Shown piece by piece: positions 34,917 to 45,014 of a stretch of 64,000 nucleotides of DNA. Within the stretch, counting starts at the first letter, position 1; each line of letters opens with the position of its first letter. Under the pieces are notes generated by a model. It had not been told where the DNA came from. It was given only the letters and a program-made list of their open reading frames with translations, and did no database searches. The translations under genes were made by a program, and so were the position numbers. The stretch spans positions 75,932 to 139,931 of the forward strand of contig DAIDJL010000004.1 of assembly GCA_027450205.1 (NCBI GenBank). Direction: 5' to 3'. This DNA is from Candidatus Parcubacteria bacterium (lineage in GTDB: Bacteria > Patescibacteriota > Minisyncoccia > UBA6257 > 2-01-FULL-56-20).

Positions 34917-35963
34917 ATGCGCACTAAAATAATAGCCACCATCGGTCCGGTCTCAGATTCTGCGGAAATGATACGGCGGTTCGTCGACGAGGGCATGGAT
35001 ATTGCCCGCGTCAATTTTTCCCATTGCACCGAAAAGAACTTTCTTCTCTATAAGAAGCGCATCGCTGCCGCGTCGCGCGCCGCGGGGCGGAAGATCCCCA
35101 TCATGCAAGACCTCCAGGGTCCGCGAATACGCGTCGGCGAGCTTCCCGCGGAAGGATATCGGCTGGTCGAAGGGGATACGGTCGTTTTTTCGACAAAGAA
35201 GAACGACATTGAAAAGAACGGCGTGCGCGTGATCTTTGTGGACAGCCCAAAACTTCACGCCGATATGCGGACCGGCGAATTGATCTATCTTGCGAACGGC
35301 GATATGGAACTCGTCGTTACGCGCATTTCCGGAAACCGCATCTTTGCGCGTGTCGCGCGCGGCGGAACACTGTATTCGCGCAAAGGCGTGAATCTTCCGA
35401 ATACGAAGCTTTCCAACTCGGGCCTGACCGCAAAGGACGTCCACGACGTGGCGTTCGGCCTCGCGCACGGCGTGAAGATCTTTGCGATCTCTTTCGTGCA
35501 GTCGGCCGGGGATGTTGAAGCGCTTCGCAGGATCGTCGGGGTGTCCAATAAAGGAGTGAAGATCGTTGCAAAAATCGAGACGGCGCTCGGCGTCAGGAAT
35601 ATCGACAGCATCATTCATGCGTCTGATGCGATCATGATCGCCCGCGGCGACCTGGGCATCGAGATCGCGCCGGAAAAGATCCCGTTCATCCAAAAGAACT
35701 TGATCCGTCACGCAAGTTGGTATGGCAAAGGGAGCATCACCGCCACGCAGATGCTCACGTCGATGGTCGATCACCAGCGGCCCACGCGCGCCGAGGTGTC
35801 GGATATCGCAAACGCCGTCTGGGACGGAACCGACGCCGTGATGCTCTCCGACGAGACCGCGAGCGGCAGCTATCCGCTTGAATCGCTGAAGATGATGGTC
35901 CGCGTGGTCGCCCAGGCGGAATCCTCGCGTTTTGAACGGACGAATCCGCTGGGGGAGTGGTAG
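34917..35963 (+). CDS. pyk: Pyruvate kinase (short form, 348 aa)
   Basis: TKIIATIGP, ARVNFSH, MQDLQGP, MIARGDLG motifs. Confidence 0.85.
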   Translation: MRTKIIATIGPVSDSAEMIRRFVDEGMDIARVNFSHCTEKNFLLYKKRIAAASRAAGRKIPIMQDLQGPRIRVGELPAEGYRLVEGDTVVFSTKKNDIEKNGVRVIFVDSPKLHADMRTGELIYLANGDMELVVTRISGNRIFARVARGGTLYSRKGVNLPNTKLSNSGLTAKDVHDVAFGLAHGVKIFAISFVQSAGDVEALRRIVGVSNKGVKIVAKIETALGVRNIDSIIHASDAIMIARGDLGIEIAPEKIPFIQKNLIRHASWYGKGSITATQMLTSMVDHQRPTRAEVSDIANAVWDGTDAVMLSDETASGSYPLESLKMMVRVVAQAESSRFERTNPLGEW

Positions 35964-35980
35964 TGCGCGGTTTGGTCAGT

Positions 35981-37099
35981 TCATCGCACCGATCGGTATC
36001 CTCCCGGCACTCCTTCTTTCGATAAGACAACCTGCCATAGTTCGACGTTGCGCGCGCGGAAGGATCCGGCGCATGCGAGGAGATAATATTTCCACATGCG
36101 GTAGAATGTTTTTCCGTACTTGGCGGCGATTTCGGGCCAGTGCCCGTCGAAATTTTTGAACCACGCCATGAGCGTCTTGTCGTAATCGGCGCCGAAGTTA
36201 TGCCAGTCTTCCATTACGAACCGCATTTCTATCGCGCCGCCGATCTGCGCGATCGTGGGGAGCGCGCCATTCGGGAAAATGTATTTGTCTATCCACGCAT
36301 CAGTGGGCCCGTGGTCGGCGTTCGTGCCGATCGTATGGAGGAGAAAAAGCCCACCGTCCTTTAGATGATTGCGTACGACGTCCATATATTCTTCGTAATG
36401 CTTCGTTCCCACATGCTCGAACATGCCAAGGGAAACGATATGGTCGAACATGCCGGCAAGGTCGCGATAATCCTGCAGGCGGAATTCCACGGGCAGGCCT
36501 TTGCAGAGCTCGGCGCCAAGCGCCGCCTGCTCTTTGGAGACCGTGAGTCCCGTCACGCGGGCTCCATATTTTTCCGCGGCGAACTTTGCAAAACTTCCCC
36601 ATCCGCAGCCGATGTCCAGCACGTGTTGACCTGGCTTGAGGCCGATCTTGCGGCAGACAAGGTCAAGTTTCGCCTCCTGCGCTTCATCGAGCGTTTTCGC
36701 ATCCTTCCAATATCCGCAGGTGTAGGTCATGCGTTTATCGAGCATCCGCACAAAAAGATCGTTGCCGATATCATAATGATGTTTACCAATGTCGAATGCG
36801 CGGCGTTTCGCGCCGCGCCGGCCAGCGGTGAAGGCCGAAAGGTATGCCGTAACGTTCTTGAATGAAGCGCGCGCTTTGTCCGCGACGCGCGCGCGGAAAA
36901 GATGCGCAATGAGTTCGTCAACCGCATCGCTGTCCCAGTCTCCCGCCATATACGCTTCGCCGAACGCCAGGCTGCCGCCGCGCACGACCGACGCATAGAG
37001 GCCGTTGTTGTTCACGCGGACATCCCATGGCCGCCCACCGCCTATCGCTATGTCCGCCTCCTTGAGCAGCTCTTCGATCACTGCCTTTGCCCGGTCCAT
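35981..37099 (-). CDS. cfa: Cyclopropane-fatty-acyl-phospholipid synthase-family SAM methyltransferase
   Basis: VLDIGCGWG SAM motif, CMAS family N- and C-terminal conservation. Confidence 0.85.
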   Translation of the reverse strand: MDRAKAVIEELLKEADIAIGGGRPWDVRVNNNGLYASVVRGGSLAFGEAYMAGDWDSDAVDELIAHLFRARVADKARASFKNVTAYLSAFTAGRRGAKRRAFDIGKHHYDIGNDLFVRMLDKRMTYTCGYWKDAKTLDEAQEAKLDLVCRKIGLKPGQHVLDIGCGWGSFAKFAAEKYGARVTGLTVSKEQAALGAELCKGLPVEFRLQDYRDLAGMFDHIVSLGMFEHVGTKHYEEYMDVVRNHLKDGGLFLLHTIGTNADHGPTDAWIDKYIFPNGALPTIAQIGGAIEMRFVMEDWHNFGADYDKTLMAWFKNFDGHWPEIAAKYGKTFYRMWKYYLLACAGSFRARNVELWQVVLSKEGVPGGYRSVR

Positions 37100-37143
37100 T
37101 TTTTAATAATATCAAATTTGCCGAATCTGCTAAACTAATAGCA

Positions 37144-39690
37144 ATGGCCGATGAACTTTCGTTGGACGGGCTTGCAAAGAAAACTTCCGCCGATGTTTTT
37201 GCGGCGCTCGCGACCTCTGAAAAAGGGCTTTCCCCGCAGGAGGCCGCTGCGCGATTAAAGACCTATGGCTTGAACGAGTTTGCGGGGAAGAAAAAACTCC
37301 AGCCGCTTTTTATATTCCTTTCTAAATTCCGGAACCCGCTGCAGATCCTGCTGATCGTCGCGGCGATCATCTCGGGCATTTTGGGATCCCATATCGAGGC
37401 GGTCATCATTTTGGCGATCGTGTTCGGCAGCGCGTTCATCGATTTTCTCAATACATACAAATCGGCGCAGGCGGCAGAGGCATTGCGGGAAAAGGTGACC
37501 ATCACCGCTGCGGTGATCCGCGGCGGTGAATTGAAAGAGCGCAATATGCGCGAGGTGGTACCCGGCGATGTTTTTATCCTCGGGGCGGGGGACCTGGTGC
37601 CCGCCGACGCGATCGTCATAGAAGCAAAAGACCTGTTCCTGAACGAGGGCGTGCTGACGGGGGAGTCGTTACCGGTGGAGAAAACGGCGGATGCGGCCGG
37701 CGGGCGGACGGTGTTCCTTGGTACAAGCGTGGTTTCCGGGAAGGCCACGGCGGTGGCGGTGGCTACTGGTGCGCGCACGAGCGTGGGCACTATAGCGGAT
37801 AAATTGAAGCGTCCGGACGCGCCGACGGAGTTTGAAAAGAATCTCAAGGACTTCAGTATGTTCATTTTCCGGACGACACTATTTTTGGTGCTTGCCGTCA
37901 TTTTATTGAATATTTTCGTGATCCGGCGCGACCCGCTGGAGATATTCATTTTTGCCGTTGCGATCGCGGTCGGGCTCACGCCGGAGCTCCTTCCGCTTAT
38001 TGTCACGAGCAATCTCGCGAAAGGCGCCATTGAGATGTCCAAGAACGGCGTCATCGTCAAAAAATTGGCGGCCATCCATAACTTCGGCGGCGTGGATGTT
38101 CTGTGCACGGACAAGACCGGCACGCTCACCGAGGACCGCATCACGCTCATCAAGTGCGTGGACGCGACGGGCGCGGAGAGCGAGGAGACGAACCTCTGGG
38201 GGTATTTGAGCAGCAAAAATCTGACCGGCGTGCGCGGCGTGCTGGATGATGCGATCGAGAATTTTAAAAAAATGGACGTGAGCGGTTGGGAAAAAGTGGA
38301 CGAAGTGCCGTTCGACGCGGAACGCAAGCTGGAATCGGTGATCGTAAAAAAGGGGAAAGACACGGTGCTGATCGCGAAAGGAGCGCCGGAGGAAATTTTA
38401 AAAATATCGGATCATTACGACGGACATATTAGCGTTACCGGCAAGGCGATCAAGCCTAAAAAAATCACATCCGCATTGCGCGCGAAGATAACCAAAGAGT
38501 ATGAGGCGTTGAGCGCCGACGGTTTTCGCGTGCTTGCGCTCGGCATAAAAGAGGTCGCGCACAAAACAACGCCGTACGATAAAAAAGACGAGGCGGGCAT
38601 CTCGTTCGTCGGATTCCTCGCATTCCTTGATCCGCCTAAAAAAAGTGCAAAGGATACGCTCGCCAAGATGGCGGCGCACAACGTGGCGGTCAAGATCATC
38701 ACAGGGGACAACTATCTGGTGACAAAAAAGATCATGGACGAGATCGGTCTGCCGATCGTCGGGTGGTACAACGGCGATGCCATCGCCGCGATGCACGAGC
38801 ACGAGTTCAAGAAAAAGGTGGAGACGGCGAATGTTTTCACGCGCGTCAATCCGGAGCAGAAGGAGATGATCATCCGGCTCCTGCGCGAGAACGGCCATGT
38901 CGTGGCGTATATGGGCGACGGCGTGAATGACGTGCTCTCCATTAAAGAGGCGGACGTCGGCATCTCGGTTAACAACGCGGTGGATATTGCAAAGGAAACG
39001 GCGGACATCATTCTGCTGCGCAAGGGACTTGGCGAGATCATTGACGGCATTGTGGAGGGCCGCAAAACATTCGCCAACACGTTCAAATACCTGATGATGG
39101 CGCTCTCGTCCAACTTCGGCAACATGTTCAGCATGCCGATCGCGTCCATCTTTTTGCCCTTCTTGCCGATGACCGCACCGCAGATCTTGCTTAACAATTT
39201 TCTTTACGACTCGTCACAGCTCGCGATCCCGTTCGACCGCGTGGATACGGAGTTCCTCGCGCGCCCCAAGAAATTTAATATTGTTTTCATGAAAAAGTTC
39301 ATGTATATCTTCGGGCCGCTGTCGTCGCTTTTCGACTTCGCCACCTTTGGCGTTTTGCTCTATGTATTGCACGTGAACGGCATGGCGTTCCAGACCGGCT
39401 GGTTTCTGGAATCCATCGCCACGCAGACGCTCGTGGTGAACATTATCCGGAGCAAGTTCAACTTCTGGCAGAACGGGGGACCGAGCCGCGCGCTCGTTCT
39501 CGCCACGTTCGGCGCGGTCATGGTCGGCTGGGGTATCACGTACTCGTTCCTCGCGCCGGCGTTCGGCTTTGCGCGGTTCGGGATATATCCGGTGCTGCTC
39601 ATTTTGGCGATCGTCGCCGCGTATCTGTTGCTCGTGGAAGTGGCGAAAAAATATTTTTATAAGAGGTACGAGTATTTAATAGAAAAATAA
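37144..39690 (+). CDS. P-type cation-transporting ATPase (MgtA/PMCA-like)
   Basis: CTDKTGTLT phosphorylation motif, MGDGVNDVLSIKEADVGI hinge, 10 TM; start set at MADELSL (track 37087 overlaps cfa). Confidence 0.85.
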   Translation: MADELSLDGLAKKTSADVFAALATSEKGLSPQEAAARLKTYGLNEFAGKKKLQPLFIFLSKFRNPLQILLIVAAIISGILGSHIEAVIILAIVFGSAFIDFLNTYKSAQAAEALREKVTITAAVIRGGELKERNMREVVPGDVFILGAGDLVPADAIVIEAKDLFLNEGVLTGESLPVEKTADAAGGRTVFLGTSVVSGKATAVAVATGARTSVGTIADKLKRPDAPTEFEKNLKDFSMFIFRTTLFLVLAVILLNIFVIRRDPLEIFIFAVAIAVGLTPELLPLIVTSNLAKGAIEMSKNGVIVKKLAAIHNFGGVDVLCTDKTGTLTEDRITLIKCVDATGAESEETNLWGYLSSKNLTGVRGVLDDAIENFKKMDVSGWEKVDEVPFDAERKLESVIVKKGKDTVLIAKGAPEEILKISDHYDGHISVTGKAIKPKKITSALRAKITKEYEALSADGFRVLALGIKEVAHKTTPYDKKDEAGISFVGFLAFLDPPKKSAKDTLAKMAAHNVAVKIITGDNYLVTKKIMDEIGLPIVGWYNGDAIAAMHEHEFKKKVETANVFTRVNPEQKEMIIRLLRENGHVVAYMGDGVNDVLSIKEADVGISVNNAVDIAKETADIILLRKGLGEIIDGIVEGRKTFANTFKYLMMALSSNFGNMFSMPIASIFLPFLPMTAPQILLNNFLYDSSQLAIPFDRVDTEFLARPKKFNIVFMKKFMYIFGPLSSLFDFATFGVLLYVLHVNGMAFQTGWFLESIATQTLVVNIIRSKFNFWQNGGPSRALVLATFGAVMVGWGITYSFLAPAFGFARFGIYPVLLILAIVAAYLLLVEVAKKYFYKRYEYLIEK

Positions 39691-39773
39691 AAAGTGTAGC
39701 AATCTGCCACTTATAACAATTTATATAGGCAAGCTTGTGTCCCGTCCACGTGGAATAGAAAGACGTGTGCCGA

Positions 39774-39808
39774 CGGAGCTCTTGTAATGAGGGCTCCGTT
39801 TGTTTTTA
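39774..39808 (+). terminator. Rho-independent terminator ggagctc-ttgtaatga-gggctcc + GTTTGTTTTT
   Basis: direct reading. Confidence 0.7.
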
Positions 39809-39812
39809 TCCT

Positions 39813-40289
39813 TTATTTTCCGATATTCTTCTCCAGCGTCTCGCCCACGTTCAGCCGCCGCAGTAAGTATAAAAGTATTGCGATCATCACTGCCGCTGCG
39901 AACGCGAACTGCGTGAGCCCGACGCCGACGAGCGTGCCGATCGCGGCCGCGGTCCAGATGAGCGCCGCCGTCGTGACGCCGTGCGGATGACTGTCCGTTT
40001 TTATGATGAGCCCCGCGCCAAGGAAACCGATGCCGACCACGATGTTCGCGATCATCGTAAGGAAGCCGCTGTTGCGCGCGATGACGTCGGAAAGATTCCC
40101 GGTCTGCGCTGAAACGATGTAGGGGAGCGCGAGCGCGATCATGGAAAAGATCGCCGCGCCGCTCGTGACGAGCATCGTCGTGCGTACGCCGGCCGCCTCC
40201 TTGCCTACCAGTTCGCGCTCCAGCCCGAGCAGCGCACCCAGCACGAGCGCGATCGCGAACCGGGCGAACATTTGTTCAAACGTCAACAT
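39813..40289 (-). CDS. mgtC: MgtC/SapB-family membrane protein
   Basis: FARFAIALVLGALLGLERE MgtC signature; start set at MLTFEQMF. Confidence 0.75.
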   Translation of the reverse strand: MLTFEQMFARFAIALVLGALLGLERELVGKEAAGVRTTMLVTSGAAIFSMIALALPYIVSAQTGNLSDVIARNSGFLTMIANIVVGIGFLGAGLIIKTDSHPHGVTTAALIWTAAAIGTLVGVGLTQFAFAAAVMIAILLYLLRRLNVGETLEKNIGK

Positions 40290-40312
40290 TGTATTAATAT
40301 TAGCATAATCAT

Positions 40313-41716
40313 ATGAAAGAACGGACATACATTGGGGATTTGGCAGGCCACGTCGGTGAGGAGGTCACGATAAAAGGCTGGGTGGATGTCCGGCGGGATC
40401 AGGGCAAGCTCATTTTTTTTGATTTTCGCGATATGACGGGATATGTGCAGGGAGTTATTCTCCCCGCCGCTGCGGAGGCGCATGCGGTCGGTTCGAAACT
40501 TCGCCCGGAGTGGGTGGTGGAGGTGCGCGGAAAAGTGAACAAGCGTCCCGATAAAAATATCCAGGCAGAAAAGCAGAATGGCGACGTCGAGCTTGAAATT
40601 CTTTCCATTACCGTTTTGAACGAGGCCGAGACGCCGCCATTCGATGTTTCCGGCGACGGCCGCGACATCAGCGAGGACATCCGGCTGAAGTATCGTTATC
40701 TCGACCTGCGCCGGCCGCGGCTCCAGCGGAACATTCGCATGCGCGACAAGATCATTTCGTTCTTCCGCGACTACATGCATAAAAACAATTTCGTGGAGAT
40801 CGAAACGCCGATCCTCATGAAGGGTACGCCGGAAGGTTCGCGCGAGTATATCGTCCCGTCGCGCCTGGAGCAGGGAAAGTTCTACGCGCTTCCGCAGTCG
40901 CCGCAGCAATTCAAACAGCTTTCGATGGTGGCGGGATTTGAGCGCTACTTCCAGATTGCGCGGTGCATGCGCGACGAAGACACGCGCGGCGATCGCCAGC
41001 CGGAGTTCACTCAGCTCGATTTTGAGATGTCGTTCGTCGAGCAGGAAGATATTTTGCAATTTACCGAAGCGATGTTCGTGGAGATGGTGAAGGCGCTTTT
41101 CCCGGAAAAACATATTTCTACGATGCCGTTCCCGAGGGTCACCTTTAAGGAATCAATGGAGAAGTACGGCAACGATAAGCCCGATATGCGCAAAGACAAG
41201 AACGATCCGAACGAGCTGGCGTTCGCGTGGGTCATTGATTTCCCGATGTTTGAGAAGGCCGATGACGGCACTATCCAGGCCGCGCATCATCCGTTCTGCT
41301 CCATAAAAGAGGAAGATGTGGATAAGTTCATGAAAGGCGAGGATCTGTTCAGTATCCGCGCAAATTCATACGATCTCGTTTTGAACGGTTACGAGCTGAG
41401 CTCCGGTAGTATCCGTATCCACAAGGCCGACATGCAGCAAAAAGTTTTTGAACTGTTGAACATCAACCCCGAGATGCAGCAGAGAAAGTTTGGGCATATG
41501 CTTCAAGCGTTCAAATACGGTGCGCCGCCGCACGGCGGATTCGCTCCGGGCATCGACCGTACCGTGATGCTTTTAATGAACGAGCCGAACATCCGCGAGG
41601 TCATTCCGTTTCCGAAGACCGGCGAGGGAAAAGATCTTATGATGGGTTCGCCGTCGGAAGTGGACAAGAAGCAGTTGGATGAGCTAGGATTGGAAATAAA
41701 AATTAATAAAAAATAA
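40313..41716 (+). CDS. aspS: Aspartate--tRNA ligase (compact form lacking GAD insertion)
   Basis: OB anticodon-binding N-domain, class II motifs FRNE-like, CMRDEDTRGDRQPEFTQLD, GAPPHGGFAPGIDR. Confidence 0.85.
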   Translation: MKERTYIGDLAGHVGEEVTIKGWVDVRRDQGKLIFFDFRDMTGYVQGVILPAAAEAHAVGSKLRPEWVVEVRGKVNKRPDKNIQAEKQNGDVELEILSITVLNEAETPPFDVSGDGRDISEDIRLKYRYLDLRRPRLQRNIRMRDKIISFFRDYMHKNNFVEIETPILMKGTPEGSREYIVPSRLEQGKFYALPQSPQQFKQLSMVAGFERYFQIARCMRDEDTRGDRQPEFTQLDFEMSFVEQEDILQFTEAMFVEMVKALFPEKHISTMPFPRVTFKESMEKYGNDKPDMRKDKNDPNELAFAWVIDFPMFEKADDGTIQAAHHPFCSIKEEDVDKFMKGEDLFSIRANSYDLVLNGYELSSGSIRIHKADMQQKVFELLNINPEMQQRKFGHMLQAFKYGAPPHGGFAPGIDRTVMLLMNEPNIREVIPFPKTGEGKDLMMGSPSEVDKKQLDELGLEIKINKK

Positions 41717-41718
41717 CC

Positions 41719-42213
41719 ATGGAAAGATCATTGGTGTTGCTTAAGCCGGATGCGCTGGATCGCGGGATCGTGGGAGAGATCATCCAGCGTTTCGAGCGCG
41801 CGGGAATAAAGATCGTCGGGCTTAAGATGGTGGTGGCCAATGAGGAGACCGCGAAGAAACACTATACGGAAGATCTTGCCGTCCGGCGCGGGGAGGCCGT
41901 CCGGAACCTTATGATCAGTATGATCTCGTCGGGTCCGATCATCGCGCTTGCGCTTGAAGGTGTGGAGGTGGTGGAGGTGGTGCGCAAGATGGTGGGCGCG
42001 ACCGAGCCGAAATCGGCGGCGCCGGGAACGATCCGCGGCGATTTTGCGCACGTCTCATTCAAACATGCGGACGAGCACAAAATGGGCGTTTTCAATCTCA
42101 TTCATGCATCGGGCTCAAAAGAAGAAGGCGAGACGGAGGTTGCGGTGTGGTTCAAGCCGGAAGAGCTGGTTTCGCACAATCCTTCCTACACGAGCATCAC
42201 GTTGAAACAATGA
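41719..42213 (+). CDS. ndk: Nucleoside diphosphate kinase
   Basis: ERSLVLLKPDA ... NLIHASGS active-site His motif. Confidence 0.85.
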   Translation: MERSLVLLKPDALDRGIVGEIIQRFERAGIKIVGLKMVVANEETAKKHYTEDLAVRRGEAVRNLMISMISSGPIIALALEGVEVVEVVRKMVGATEPKSAAPGTIRGDFAHVSFKHADEHKMGVFNLIHASGSKEEGETEVAVWFKPEELVSHNPSYTSITLKQ

Positions 42214-42223
42214 TCGGTCCGCG

Positions 42224-42694
42224 ATGAAGCAAACCAATATTTGCTTCCTGCTGAAAGACGGGTGGGTTCTTCTTGGAATGAAGAAACGGGGTTTTGGCAT
42301 GGGAAAGTGGAATGGGTTTGGCGGGAAGGTAAAGGATGATGAAGATGTAAAGATCGCCGTTATACGGGAAATAAAAGAAGAGGTCGGCGTGGATGTCGCT
42401 ATTGATGACCTAAAGGAGATGGGAACACTCGATTTCCGCTTTCAGGCAGCTCCCGATTGGGACAATTTCTGTCATATTTTTATCGCCACCGCGTGGTCGG
42501 GCGAACCTTCCGAATCCGAAGAAATGCGTCCGCAATGGTACGGGATGGATAAATTACCGTTCGATTCGATGTGGGTCGACGATCCGTATTGGGTACCGCT
42601 CGTGCTTTCGGGAAAAAAAATAAAAGGCAGATTCCTTTTTGATGACAGCGGAAAGGAGATCCTTAATTTTGCGGTCTCCGAGGTTCACCCATAA
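42224..42694 (+). CDS. Nudix hydrolase (MutT-like)
   Basis: Nudix box GGKVKDDEDVKIAVIREIKEEVGV. Confidence 0.75.
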   Translation: MKQTNICFLLKDGWVLLGMKKRGFGMGKWNGFGGKVKDDEDVKIAVIREIKEEVGVDVAIDDLKEMGTLDFRFQAAPDWDNFCHIFIATAWSGEPSESEEMRPQWYGMDKLPFDSMWVDDPYWVPLVLSGKKIKGRFLFDDSGKEILNFAVSEVHP

Positions 42695-42729
42695 GGATCC
42701 GCCTTCTTGGATGCTCCTTGCCCTCCATA

Positions 42730-43458
42730 TTATTTTTGTTGTTGATCAAATGCCTTTACGATCGGATCGAACTCGCCCTCCAAAATTTTCTCAATATTGT
42801 GCCATTTCTTGCCGATGCGGTGATCGGTGATGCGGTCATCGGGGAAGTTGTAGGTGCGGATCTTTTCGGAGCGGTCGGCGGAGCCGATCTGGTCGCGGCG
42901 GGTTTCGGCGATGTTGCCGCTCGCGCGGACCTGCTCAATCTCGTAGAGCTTGGCGCGCAAAACATCCATTGCCTTTTCGCGGTTCGCGTATTGTGAGCGC
43001 TCCTCGCGCGAGGCGACGACGATGCCGGTGGGCTTGTGCAATATCCGCACCGCGGTCTCCACTTTGTTGACGTTCTGGCCGCCCGGCCCGCCGGCGCGCG
43101 AGAATGTCACCTCAAGGTCGTTTGGCGAGATATTCACCTCGCGCGCTTCCACGATCGGAAGAATTGCCACGGAAGCCGTAGACGTGTGTACACGCCCCGC
43201 TTTCTCTGTTTTTGGGATCCGTTGCACGCGATGGACGCCGGACTCGTGCTTAAGCGCCTCGTAGCACCCTTCACCCCTTACTTCGGCGGTGAGGCTCTTG
43301 TATCCCTGATTGTTCTCGCTGGAATCGAGGATTGAAAAGTTCCAGCCGCGCTTTGCCGCATAGCGTTGGTACATGCGCGCCAGGTCGCCGGCGAAAATAG
43401 AGGCTTCATCACCGCCGGCTCCGGCCCGTATCTCTATAATGATCTTATTGGTGGTCAT
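42730..43458 (-). CDS. Class I peptide chain release factor, RF1-like (PKT tripeptide), lacking N-terminal domain 1 (242 aa)
   Basis: [19 protein letters not shown] (PxT), [22 protein letters not shown] (GGQ); in-frame stop 10 codons upstream of ATG. Confidence 0.75.
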   Translation of the reverse strand: MTTNKIIIEIRAGAGGDEASIFAGDLARMYQRYAAKRGWNFSILDSSENNQGYKSLTAEVRGEGCYEALKHESGVHRVQRIPKTEKAGRVHTSTASVAILPIVEAREVNISPNDLEVTFSRAGGPGGQNVNKVETAVRILHKPTGIVVASREERSQYANREKAMDVLRAKLYEIEQVRASGNIAETRRDQIGSADRSEKIRTYNFPDDRITDHRIGKKWHNIEKILEGEFDPIVKAFDQQQK

Positions 43459-43512
43459 GGTGTTGTGGATTTCTATTTTTTCTCTGAATTATGGTATCAT
43501 AATAATACAGCA

Positions 43513-43902
43513 ATGGAACAAAAGCCACTCATTTTAGTAGTTGATGACGAGGAATCGTTTCGGGAGATCTTCAGTATGAAGCTCGTTGCGGATGGTTTTC
43601 GCGTGGAAACCGCAGAGAACGGGGAGACGGCGCTAATGAAAGCAAAAGAGATCAAGCCCGATTTGATCCTTATGGATGTTCGTATGCCGGTGATGGACGG
43701 ACCGACCGCGGTGCTTAAGCTTCGCGACGATCCGGAGATAAAAGATATCAGGGTGGCGTTCCTTACGAGCCTTGGTGATCCGCGCCAGGAGATGCAGGAG
43801 ATGAATGGCAAGTTTGCCCAAGATTTCGGCGTGCAGGGATATTTACGAAAGACCGACGACCTTGATCTTTTAAAGGAGCGCGTCAAGGCATTTCTTCAAT
43901 GA
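43513..43902 (+). CDS. Single-domain response regulator (REC only)
   Basis: LVVDDE ... D(54-equivalent) LILMDVRMP ... K; start set at MEQKPLI. Confidence 0.75.
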   Translation: MEQKPLILVVDDEESFREIFSMKLVADGFRVETAENGETALMKAKEIKPDLILMDVRMPVMDGPTAVLKLRDDPEIKDIRVAFLTSLGDPRQEMQEMNGKFAQDFGVQGYLRKTDDLDLLKERVKAFLQ

Positions 43903-44294
43903 GGGAGAAGCCGCTGATCCTTGTCGTCGATGACGAGAATGATCTCCGGGAGATCATATCAACAAAGCTTACCGCATCTGGTTTCGATGCGGTGGTTGCG
44001 TATAATGCGGCGGAGGCGGTTGATGCGGCGAAAAAGATCCACCCGGACCTTATTTTGATGGATATCCACATGCCTGGCCCTTCGGGAACCGATGCCGCTC
44101 TTCAGATCAAACAGGATCCGCAGACGGAAGATATCAAAATCGCATTCTTCAGCAACCTTAAGGATCCGTGGCCGCAGACGATGGCGCCACGCGATAATCT
44201 TACGAAGGCTTTGGGGATGGAAGACTTTATTGATAAGACCGAAGATCTTGATATCACCGTTTCAAAAGTAAAAGAGATCCTCGCGCGAAAATAA
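43899..44294 (+). CDS. Single-domain response regulator (REC only), overlaps previous by 4 nt
   Basis: LVVDDEND ... LILMDIHMP. Confidence 0.75.
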   Translation: MREKPLILVVDDENDLREIISTKLTASGFDAVVAYNAAEAVDAAKKIHPDLILMDIHMPGPSGTDAALQIKQDPQTEDIKIAFFSNLKDPWPQTMAPRDNLTKALGMEDFIDKTEDLDITVSKVKEILARK

Positions 44295-44298
44295 AAAA

Positions 44299-44330
44299 AT
44301 ACCCCGCCGGCAATGGCGGGGTATTTTTTT
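44299..44330. terminator. Bidirectional terminator accccgccgg-caat-ggcggggt flanked by A7/T7
   Basis: direct reading. Confidence 0.8.
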
Positions 44331-44335
44331 ATCCC

Positions 44336-44578
44336 TTATTGTTTTTTTACGCGAACCTTCTTCGGCTTCGGCTCAACCTTGGCGGCGCGGCGTGACTTGA
44401 ACTTCTCCACGCGTCCCGCGATGTCCATCAGTTTCTCTTCGCCGGTATAGAACGGATGGCATTGCGCGCAAATTTCGACGCGGATCTCCTCCTGGGTGGC
44501 GCCCGTCACGAACGTGTTGCCGCAGGCGCAGATGACCGTTGCCTTGGGGAAATATTTCGGATGAATATCTGTTTTCAT
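44336..44578 (-). CDS. rpmE: 50S ribosomal protein L31 (zinc-ribbon form)
   Basis: MKTDIHPKY ... CACGNTF ... [10 protein letters not shown]; start set at MKTDIHP. Confidence 0.85.
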   Translation of the reverse strand: MKTDIHPKYFPKATVICACGNTFVTGATQEEIRVEICAQCHPFYTGEEKLMDIAGRVEKFKSRRAAKVEPKPKKVRVKKQ

Positions 44579-44673
44579 GATGGTGTTCATTATATGCGAT
44601 AAAAATCGGTTAGTCAAATAAAGTGAATGGCCTCTCGGGGAGAGGCCATTGCGGGAGTCTGCGCGGCTCCTGC

Positions 44674-44841
44674 CTAAAAAAACTTGCCGGTCACCAGACC
44701 GTATGCCGTCAGGATAGCCACAATGATAAACCCGATGACGATGATTTTTTTTCCGACACGGAGGAACCGAGCATTTTGGAGCTCCTCCTCCGACATTTCT
44801 GCAGGCGCCTGCGGCGGGTCTACTTTTCCCTGATAGATCAT
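44674..44841 (-). CDS. Small membrane protein (55 aa, one TM)
   Basis: AGGAGG SD, single C-terminal TM; start set at MIYQGK. Confidence 0.4.
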   Translation of the reverse strand: MIYQGKVDPPQAPAEMSEEELQNARFLRVGKKIIVIGFIIVAILTAYGLVTGKFF

Positions 44842-44896
44842 GTGATCGCCCTCCTTAGGCGATAGCTGAAGCAATAGTAACATATATTATATAGTT

Positions 44897-44992
44897 TTGT
44901 CAATAGCACCAGTGCTGGCGCGGCGGGCAGGGTTCCCCGGCTCCAGGCAGATGACCGTTCGCCGGGGAACCCCGCCCGCCGCGCTATTGACA
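44897..44992. repeat. Long GC-rich inverted repeat (arms ~44897-44941 / 44961-44992) whose right arm contains the 16S promoter -35 TTGACA
   Basis: gcgcggcgggcagggttccccggc vs gccggggaaccccgcccgccgcgc (1 mismatch), plus mirrored gctattgaca/tgtcaatagc. Confidence 0.7.
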
Positions 44993-45014
44993 CCGTCCCA
45001 GCGTTTGCTACAAT
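44987..45014 (+). promoter_or_regulatory. rRNA promoter TTGACA-16-TACAAT
   Basis: consensus hexamers ~175 nt upstream of 16S. Confidence 0.6.

Noticed and set aside
44849-44856. CCTCCTTA octamer near the rRNA operon as a displaced anti-SD
   Set aside because: It lies about 340 nt upstream of the 16S 5' end on the coding strand, and is simply the complement of the AGGAGG SD of the divergent minus-strand small gene.
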